In this document: piece by piece, positions 43,559 to 50,860 of the stretch | Layout: each line of letters begins with the position of its first letter | Numbering within the stretch: position 1 is the stretch's first letter | DNA from: Candidatus Latescibacterota bacterium | GTDB taxonomy: Bacteria; Latescibacterota; UBA2968; GCA-2709665 | Direction of reading: 5' to 3' | Length of the DNA stretch: 50,860 bases | Assembly (NCBI GenBank): GCA_963662665.2 | Contig: CAXXJS010000065.1 | Coordinates: forward strand, 1-50,860 | Translations under genes and position numbers: made by a program | Notes under the pieces: model-generated | Told to the model about the DNA's origin: nothing | The model's database searches: none | What the model saw: only the letters and a program-made list of their open reading frames with translations

Positions 43559-44617
43559 ATGTTCGGTAGCGAAATGGAACCGTTGGGACAGACGTGGATC
43601 GAGATTTCGGGGGAAGCCTGCGGTGCGCAGGCGAATGAACTGGGACCCATCGGCGGCCGCGAGGGCTACACGAACGCGGTGTCGCCGACTGCGGACTCGG
43701 TGACCACGTTGAACGATCTTCTGGAAGCGTTGGCGCATGCCAAACCGGGGGACGTGGTATACGTGGACGGCCAGGCGGAGATCGACTGCACCGAACGGGT
43801 GTACATCGAGTCTCTCGTGCTGGAGATTCCCGAGGGGGTCACCCTGGCAAGCAACCGTGGCGCGGACGGATCCGACGGCGGGATGATCCTGAGCGACACG
43901 TTCGACACAAGACCCCTGATACGGGTGACGGGGCCGAATGTGCGGATTACGGGATTGCGTATAAAAGGCCCCAATCCCAAGCGGTGCCTGGAGCACCACA
44001 ACCGTTCGTTCCGCGAGGGCAGGGGACACGAATATTACTATAAATTTCCTACGTCCGACGGAATTTCCACCAGACACGAGGGCCTGGAAGTGGACAATTG
44101 CGAACTGGCGGGCTGGAGCCACGCCGCGGTTCACCTTAAGTCCGGCGACGGACATCACATCCACCACAATTTCATCCATCACAATCAATACAACGGCCTG
44201 GGCTACGGTGTCAGTCACGACGAGGCATTCTCGTTGATCGAATACAACCGGTTCGATTACAACCGGCACTCGCTGGCCGGAACCGGGAGAGCGGGGAGCG
44301 GATACGAAGCGCGGCACAACGTGGAAATCGGCGAGTCATTGAGCCATTGCTTCGATATGCACGGCGGGAGGGACCGCAAGGATGGGACCGACGTCGCCGG
44401 CACCTGGATGAGGGTACATCACAACACGTTCCGCTGTCCCAAAACCGCCGTCGTTGTTAGAGGTGTCCCTGAAGAAGGTGTAGATGTCCACCACAACTGG
44501 CTTTACCAGCGACCGGACGAACTGTCGGTGCGGTCCGACGGACGGACCCGAATCCGGAACAACGTCTACGGGCTCAGCGATCCGGTCCTGGTCGCAAATG
44601 CCGATGCGGGTTCCTGA
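43559..44617 (+). CDS. Right-handed parallel beta-helix (pectin-lyase-like) protein
   Basis: AKPGDVVYV, NVRITGLRIKG, VDNCE, HHNFIHHN, IEYNRF..NRHSLA, HCFDMHG; AGGAGG RBS. Confidence 0.8.
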   Translation: MFGSEMEPLGQTWIEISGEACGAQANELGPIGGREGYTNAVSPTADSVTTLNDLLEALAHAKPGDVVYVDGQAEIDCTERVYIESLVLEIPEGVTLASNRGADGSDGGMILSDTFDTRPLIRVTGPNVRITGLRIKGPNPKRCLEHHNRSFREGRGHEYYYKFPTSDGISTRHEGLEVDNCELAGWSHAAVHLKSGDGHHIHHNFIHHNQYNGLGYGVSHDEAFSLIEYNRFDYNRHSLAGTGRAGSGYEARHNVEIGESLSHCFDMHGGRDRKDGTDVAGTWMRVHHNTFRCPKTAVVVRGVPEEGVDVHHNWLYQRPDELSVRSDGRTRIRNNVYGLSDPVLVANADAGS

Positions 44618-44778
44618 ATAAATCCTTCGTAGTCCCGTAAGGCAGCCCTTTTCTCTCATCACGACGGCCGTACCGCGCGGAAACTCGCTCGCCGTCTGAG
44701 CCCGCCGCGCCGTACGACGCACTGTAGACCCCGCCATCACCGGCGTCCGGCTTGCGGTTTCTCTTCCGGAGTTTCGAG

Positions 44779-45792
44779 ATGTCGCCGCTTCTTCGCGTTG
44801 CATTTGCATTCATGGTTCCGATTCTGCTGGTGCTGGGCGGCACGATGGGCTACGTGTGGATTGAGGGATGGAAATTATGGGAAGGTCTGTACATGACGGT
44901 AATTACGATTACAACCGTCGGCTACGGCGAGGTACATCCGCTTTCGCCGGTGGGCCAGCGATTCACGATTCTGCTTCTGATGTTCAGCATTATTGCCGTG
45001 GGATATTCGGTGACAACCGTCATCAGTTTCGTTTTCGAAGGTCAGATTGTCCATGCAATGCGGGAGCGTAGAATGAAACGGCTGGTCTCAAACCTGAAAG
45101 ATCACTACATCATCTGTGGCGGCGGGGTGGTCGGCAAGGAGGTAGCACAGGAACTGAAGCGGGCGGGAATGCCTTTCGTGATCGTGGATAAGGATCCCGC
45201 ACGCTCTGAATTGGGCCGGGACGAAACGGTCCTGTTCGTGGCGGGCCACGCTGAGGACGACGAGGTGCTGGTCGAAGCCGGCATCCATAATGCAAAAGGT
45301 CTGATCGCCGTGCTGAGGGAGGACGCGCTTAATGTATTCGTGGTGCTTTCCGCGCGGCAGGCGAATCCCGATTTGACGATTGTCGCGCGGTCGGCCGAGG
45401 AGCGGACCATTGGAAAGCTGATGACGGCAGGCGCGGACCGGGTGATGTCTCCCTATCAGTTGGCGGGGCGGAGAATCGCGTCGGTGCTCCTGCGGCCGTC
45501 AATCGTGGATTTTCTCGACGTCGTCGTGGGCGAGGGCGAGGCGGCCATGCGGCTGGAGCAGTTCCACGTGGGCGAGGGATCGCCTCTGGTGGGCAAACAA
45601 CTGAAGGAGACCGATATCGGGCAGCGGACCGGGGCGATTGTTGTGGGAATACAGGGGCCGGACGGAAAGCCGCGTGTCGTTCCGGCAGCCTCGGCCGGGC
45701 TGGCTGGCGTTACGATTCAAACGGACGACGTGCTCATCGCACTGGGCAGCGACGGACAACTGAACGCGTTGAAGGAAATATCCGAGCACTAA
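44779..45792 (+). CDS. Two-TM potassium channel with RCK (TrkA-N/TrkA-C) domains
   Basis: TITTVGYGE selectivity filter, HYIICGGGVVG, AGADRVMSP. Confidence 0.93.
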   Translation: MSPLLRVAFAFMVPILLVLGGTMGYVWIEGWKLWEGLYMTVITITTVGYGEVHPLSPVGQRFTILLLMFSIIAVGYSVTTVISFVFEGQIVHAMRERRMKRLVSNLKDHYIICGGGVVGKEVAQELKRAGMPFVIVDKDPARSELGRDETVLFVAGHAEDDEVLVEAGIHNAKGLIAVLREDALNVFVVLSARQANPDLTIVARSAEERTIGKLMTAGADRVMSPYQLAGRRIASVLLRPSIVDFLDVVVGEGEAAMRLEQFHVGEGSPLVGKQLKETDIGQRTGAIVVGIQGPDGKPRVVPAASAGLAGVTIQTDDVLIALGSDGQLNALKEISEH

Positions 45793-46109
45793 CGAAGATT
45801 CATTGCTGAGGAATCTTGGATGGCCGCCTGATTTCACCTTGATTCGCAATTCTTCGGGGAAGTAAAACCGAAGATATGCAAGTAGATAAAGGCGATTTGA
45901 CTTCGGATTACCAGGATACACCAGGTCCTGGGCGTGAACTGAAAAAACGTCCTTTTTGACGACCGTTACGCCCCGTTTCAGGGGTTTTCGTCGCGTCGCC
46001 GAGTTGCTGTTTTTTCGAATTGGGGTTCATTCCTGATCACCAGCGCAGGCGCGAAGGGTCGCCGCGAAGAACAGTTGGGGCGACCCACTCTCAAATCTGG
46101 AGGTTATCA

Positions 46110-47798
46110 ATGAGCCTTCCAATGTGCGTCTTAACGGACCCGGATGGAAAGCCGGCGCCGGACGGATCGCGGTACTACGGCGGATATTATATCCGGGAAA
46201 TCCTTGCGCACGCGGGCATTCCATTCGACGAGATCGAACGTCCGCTGGTCGCCCTGGATGGATATCGCGTGGTGCTCCTGCCCTGGCATATGCCGCTTTC
46301 AGAAGTGGAGCGGGGGCTGCTTGCGGGATTCGTGGAATCGGGCGGCGCGCTGATCGGACTGGGCGGCATGTCCGGGCTGGATGGCTTGTTTGGCGCGGTG
46401 GACCGGGGTGACATGGCGGACGGGTACCTGCAGGTGGCAGAGAAGGACCACCCGGTCACGTCCGGATTCAATAGCAGTCTGCATTGCTTCGGCGGACGGC
46501 GGATCAAGGCCGCTGATGGTGTGGCACTTGCGCGGGTAATGGGCGCGAGCGACGGTGTGGTGGAGTACCGGTCCGGGGCCGGCCTGGCGATTGCCGTGGG
46601 CCCGGACGTGGTCCGGACCATCGTGCAGATTCAACAGGGGCACCCGATAGCCGCCGCGGCGGGACCCACGCGGATCGACGTGATCAAGGGGTTGGCGCTG
46701 GACCTGGACCGCGACCGGTCGCCGGTGCCGGGCGAGGAGGAAAACCTCGTCTTCCTGGAGCCGATAGCGGACGAGATTCGCGAACTCATCATCAAAGCCG
46801 TCCTCTACGCCTGCCGGGAGGTTGGCGTATCCCTGCCCGTCCTGTGGTACTGGCCGGACAATCTGCCCGCCATCGCGCACATGTCCCACGACTCGGACGG
46901 CGGAGACGAATCGCTGGGCTGGTCGTTGCTCCGCCTGACGCAGGAGGCGGATATTCCGACGACATGGTGCATCATGGCGGGACACTACCAACCGGAGTTT
47001 TACCGCGCGATCCAGGACTACGGTTCGGAAATTGCCCTGCACTATGACGCCCAGACCTGGCAGACGGCGTCGGACGACCAGAAGCCGGACGTCGCCCATC
47101 TGAAATGGGGATACAGCGAGCTGACCGGTCAGTTGAAGACGGTCACGAAAGCGGCGGGACGGCCGGTCACCTCGAATAAGAACCACACGCTGCGCTGGCA
47201 GGGCCGTCTGGAGTTCTTTCGCTGGTGCGAACGGGCGGGCATCACCCTGGAGCAGAGCCGCGGGCCGAATACGCCCTATACCAACGGGTTTCCGTTTGGG
47301 GGTTGTCACCCGTGGTTCCCTATTGACGACGAATTGCCAGGCGGTCCGCCGATCGACGTGCTGGAGGTGAACCTGACCGTACAGGATATTCATAAACGGT
47401 GCTCCACCCGCCTCGCGCACTGCTTCGCGGACCGGGCGTTCCAGCACCACGGCATCGCCCATTTCCTATTTCATCCCGCCCACGTCTGGGAACCGGCCGT
47501 ACGCGGCGGGCTCAGGGAGGTCGTCGGGTACACCAGGGACAAGGGCATGCCTTGGTGGACGGCGGCCCGGATTGACTCATGGGAACGCGCGCGGCGCACG
47601 GTACGGTTCGGACAACGCGAAAACGGTGCGTACGAGATCAGCGCGGACGCGGACCTGAAGGGCGCGACGGTGCTGCTCCTGGAACCGGACGGCAAAGGCA
47701 CCTCCCGCGGCGAGGCCGTGGAGCGATACGGCTTTCAGTTCCGCGCCGTGACGATGGATCTGGAAGGTGGGAAGTGTGTAGAACTGCCGCAAGGCTGA
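46110..47798 (+). CDS. Hypothetical: beta-galactosidase-trimerisation/GATase-like domain + polysaccharide-deacetylase-like barrel
   Basis: YRVVLLP..FVESGGALI; MSHDSDG, EIALHY, NKNHTLRW, HFLFHP; GGAGG RBS. Confidence 0.7.
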   Translation: MSLPMCVLTDPDGKPAPDGSRYYGGYYIREILAHAGIPFDEIERPLVALDGYRVVLLPWHMPLSEVERGLLAGFVESGGALIGLGGMSGLDGLFGAVDRGDMADGYLQVAEKDHPVTSGFNSSLHCFGGRRIKAADGVALARVMGASDGVVEYRSGAGLAIAVGPDVVRTIVQIQQGHPIAAAAGPTRIDVIKGLALDLDRDRSPVPGEEENLVFLEPIADEIRELIIKAVLYACREVGVSLPVLWYWPDNLPAIAHMSHDSDGGDESLGWSLLRLTQEADIPTTWCIMAGHYQPEFYRAIQDYGSEIALHYDAQTWQTASDDQKPDVAHLKWGYSELTGQLKTVTKAAGRPVTSNKNHTLRWQGRLEFFRWCERAGITLEQSRGPNTPYTNGFPFGGCHPWFPIDDELPGGPPIDVLEVNLTVQDIHKRCSTRLAHCFADRAFQHHGIAHFLFHPAHVWEPAVRGGLREVVGYTRDKGMPWWTAARIDSWERARRTVRFGQRENGAYEISADADLKGATVLLLEPDGKGTSRGEAVERYGFQFRAVTMDLEGGKCVELPQG

Positions 47799-48230
47799 AG
47801 ACCGGCCGACAATTCCTCAGAAGTAAACAGTGAGTTTTACAACCCGGCGATGAATTGAACGCCGGAGAACACGGTTCTAAATCAGGATTCCTCACAAGAT
47901 TCGATAGCGATTCCCGCTTCCTCGATACCGCTCACTCGTGCTGTTCCCGCCTCCCTGGTCTTACCACCCTCCTGCATCAAATCTCACGTAATTCGACACT
48001 CCTGCATCCGGACCTCGCCACGGGGCACAACGCGCACAAGAATCCGCTCAGAACGCTGAACGACTCAGGCTGCATTGGCAATGCCGTCCCGAAGCCAAAA
48101 CCTCGCAAACCATTCAAATGCATAACGACACCGATTGTCGCAACCTGAAAATGGACAATGAAACCGTCTCGTTAACAGGGTCACAGCGGGGTATGAGATA
48201 CCGTTTTGTGAGCAGGTTTAACAGGGCGCC

Positions 48231-48259
48231 TTGACATGATGTATCGAACCCCCTAACTT
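48231..48259 (+). promoter_or_regulatory. Candidate sigma70 promoter upstream of the GWxTD gene
   Basis: TTGACA-17 bp-TAACTT. Confidence 0.55.
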
Positions 48260-48435
48260 TTTATATGAATCTCTCTTTAATTGAACGGGTGGGCCAGGAA
48301 AATTACGTGTCGGCGATGGCAGGATTTGCGGTCTCGGCACACGTTTAGGCGCGGGACCGGGATCTGCCGAAGCGAATAACGCTACCCGGTTCCCGTCGTT
48401 TCCTTTGTATCGTGAAATGCCAGGTGGGAAACGCG

Positions 48436-50860
48436 ATGAAGTGGATTGCGAAGACTCTGCTGCTATGTGCATCCTGCGCTCTTGCGATACCGTGCCTGGT
48501 GGAGGCCGGGGATCGTGGGTTTCTCGCTGCAACGTCGCGGTTTCAGGACTCGGCGTATATTGTCCGTCGGGGCAAGGGGCCAATTTCATTAACGGAAATC
48601 TGGGTCCTTTCCGCGGGCGACGATAAGATCAGGAAACTCAGAGTCTTTCCTGGTGAACCCGGCACCCTCTATTTTTCCCCGAACGGAGAAGATCTGATCT
48701 ATTTGGAGCGAAGCTTGCGGCATGAAGCCTGGGGTTCATCGTTTTACGGTGGACATTCCTTGCCTGTCGCAACCAACAGGATCTGGAGGGTGAGCCTGGA
48801 CGGCACTAAAGACGACTTGTGGCCTCTATCCGAAGACTTTCAACCTGAATTGATCGCGCTCTCGCCGCTTGGACGGTCACTTGCAATTATCGGGTATAGA
48901 GGAGATAAATTCGTCAGAGCAGACTACGGCCTCTGGATCGCTGACGATCGGGGCGGTGTCAGGCTTCTGCATTCAGGCAACGTAGGGGGTCCCGTAGAAT
49001 GGTCGGCTGATGGAACGGCAATATTCTGTCGCGGCGAGGATGGGCAGACGTGGATCCGTGTTAATGTGAACACCGGGGAAATTGATCACACAGAAATCAC
49101 AAAAGACTATTCCGCGAATGTCAAACCGGATCAGGATAGGACGCGGCGGGTCCAACCTACTGCTGCTTTGCTCGGGACAGACGATGCAGATGGGGTTCTG
49201 GGCCTGATCGGATCCTGTCTGGACCTGTACATTCGCGGCCGAAACGCGCTCCACAGAGGAAACGACGTGAGCGCGAAGGAATTGTTCAAACAAGCCCGGC
49301 GTACATTCAAGAGTCTTTACGAACAGGCCTCGACGTACCGTCTATCGAGCGAGAGTTGCGTGCGGTATACCGAAGCCTGTGAGTTTTGGATCGAGGCAGA
49401 CAGAAACACAATCCACCGGCACAACTGTCAGGAGCGGGTGACCGGCTTGCTCCGGCTCATTCGGGAATTCAAGCGCGCAGGGAACGGCAGCGGACCTGCG
49501 GACCTTAGCGAATTGCATCAGTGGGCGACGAACAGAATTGTTGCACAGACGCCACCCGGTAACGAACGGGAAGACTGGAAAGCGGTCCTTGGCGTGCTCT
49601 TCTCCTGCCCGGCCAACCGGGAGTACGCATTTCTCAGCGACTATCTATATCTGCATGAAGGCTTGCCGGATTCGCCTCCCGTGGCCTGTTTCTGGCACAG
49701 GGGCGAGCAGATCGACGGAGTCGCCGTTCAAGACGGCGGCCGGACCACGGTTTCAAGTATACAAGCGGCGAGAGTGGACAGCCTGGCGTCGAGCGGCCGT
49801 CGCGCGATGGACGCGGATAAGTTGGATCGGGCACGGTTGATCTTTCGGAACGTCGCGCGCCAGCGCCCGAGGGATCCCGATCCATATATCCATCTCGGTC
49901 ACGTACTAATAACATTGAAAAGATTCAAGGAATCGAAGGAAGCGTTTCACCGAGCTCTGAGACTGGGTAGTAAGGCGGAGGCGCACTATGGTCTGGGAAT
50001 GCTTTACAAGACGTGGCCGATGCAGCGACATTTTGCAATCCACCATTTCACGGAAGCGTTGATCAGAGATCAGCAGTTCGTAGATGCCCGGTATCAGATG
50101 GCTAGAGTGCGATATGATATGAAAGAACGTGATGCCGAATTGGAAGCAAAAAGAGTACTGGAATTGGACCCCGAGCATGCCGGTGCGTTTTTGCTGATTG
50201 CAGACTACTATTTGAACCTTTCGTGGGAATTCGAGAAGGCGGTCGTCTGGTATACGAAGTATCTCGCGCTTCGGCCGGAAGACGCGGGCGCCCAACGCAG
50301 CCTTGGCATTGCATACTTGAAAGTTAGAGATTATTCCAAGATAATGAGTCACCTGTTCGACTTCGTCCAAAGGCATCCGGATTCGATCGAGCTAATGCCC
50401 GTCGTTGCTATTTCTGCCATCAAGCAGGACAGTCTGGACATGGCAATGCGGTTCTTCGAGGATTATATTTCCAAGCTTACTCCGGATGAGAAAAGACTGT
50501 ACGAGAATATAACGCACATTGCGTCACGCGAGCAACTAAAGGCCCTTGGCGAAGCCGAGGGTATCGATCATGCAGACTATTTGGAGCGCTTCTGGAATTC
50601 CAGGGATCCGGATCTGTCAACGTCCGTTAACGAACGTCTGCTGGAACACTACAGAAGGGTCTGGTACGCGCTCACGGATTTCTCAAAAGGCAAGAAACCC
50701 TGGGATGCGCGAGGTGAAGTCTATATTCGGTTCGGGGAACCCGACCATCGATCAAGATCGGACGAACCCAACTTCAAGCAGAGCCTGGGAGTACAGCGGG
50801 TTAAGGAGCGACTCGCCTTGGATATCTACAAGGGCGACGTTGGGGGGCACACGTTTGTCG
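48436..50860 (+). CDS. Secreted GWxTD-domain protein with N-terminal propeller-like region and TPRs; runs off the window end
   Basis: Not in ORF track. Manual translation shows no stop from MKWIAKTLLLCASCALAIPCLVEA through TPRs (AEAHYGLGMLY, DARYQMARV) to FWNSRDPDLSTSVNERLLEHYRRVWYA..F..PWDARGEVYIRFGEPD. Confidence 0.88.
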   Translation, partial: MKWIAKTLLLCASCALAIPCLVEAGDRGFLAATSRFQDSAYIVRRGKGPISLTEIWVLSAGDDKIRKLRVFPGEPGTLYFSPNGEDLIYLERSLRHEAWGSSFYGGHSLPVATNRIWRVSLDGTKDDLWPLSEDFQPELIALSPLGRSLAIIGYRGDKFVRADYGLWIADDRGGVRLLHSGNVGGPVEWSADGTAIFCRGEDGQTWIRVNVNTGEIDHTEITKDYSANVKPDQDRTRRVQPTAALLGTDDADGVLGLIGSCLDLYIRGRNALHRGNDVSAKELFKQARRTFKSLYEQASTYRLSSESCVRYTEACEFWIEADRNTIHRHNCQERVTGLLRLIREFKRAGNGSGPADLSELHQWATNRIVAQTPPGNEREDWKAVLGVLFSCPANREYAFLSDYLYLHEGLPDSPPVACFWHRGEQIDGVAVQDGGRTTVSSIQAARVDSLASSGRRAMDADKLDRARLIFRNVARQRPRDPDPYIHLGHVLITLKRFKESKEAFHRALRLGSKAEAHYGLGMLYKTWPMQRHFAIHHFTEALIRDQQFVDARYQMARVRYDMKERDAELEAKRVLELDPEHAGAFLLIADYYLNLSWEFEKAVVWYTKYLALRPEDAGAQRSLGIAYLKVRDYSKIMSHLFDFVQRHPDSIELMPVVAISAIKQDSLDMAMRFFEDYISKLTPDEKRLYENITHIASREQLKALGEAEGIDHADYLERFWNSRDPDLSTSVNERLLEHYRRVWYALTDFSKGKKPWDARGEVYIRFGEPDHRSRSDEPNFKQSLGVQRVKERLALDIYKGDVGGHTFV

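Noticed and set aside
47799-48435. Long intergenic region checked for tRNA/ncRNA, as were 24667-25118, 41198-41585 and 45793-46109
   Set aside because: No cloverleaf or known RNA motif recognised by eye; small ORFs lack RBS or motifs. An Rfam search would be needed to exclude one.

Overview
GC-rich bacterial chromosomal window. The gene repertoire (GWxTD protein, T9SS/FlgD-type C-terminal domain, DUF6785-like transporter, heparinase II/III-like proteins, PhyH, Gfo/Idh/MocA) suggests a Latescibacterota/Gemmatimonadota-like organism, which is an inference. Most of the window is catabolic or accessory enzymes plus ilvC (plant-type long form), monomeric icd, a two-subunit aconitase X and a K+ channel. 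No rRNA, tRNA or CRISPR array was recognised. The most informative part is a lower-GC patch at ~33.3-41.3 kb where two insertion events can be reversed from the sequence alone. (i) An IS3-family element (33402-34997, TTT duplication) splits a RelE/ParE toxin gene. (ii) An IS1182-like element (38312-39944, CTAG duplication) splits an ECF sigma factor fused to a TM helix and a T9SS-sorting/FlgD-Ig-like domain, which originally ended just upstream of a TPR-like/TlpA thioredoxin gene. An orphan inverted copy of the IS3 left end brackets the TA pair and a chloramphenicol-phosphotransferase-like gene. Two edge CDSs absent from the ORF track were found (1-480 minus, 48436->end plus). A composite intergenic repeat (heptamer array plus G/C hairpin) recurs several times.
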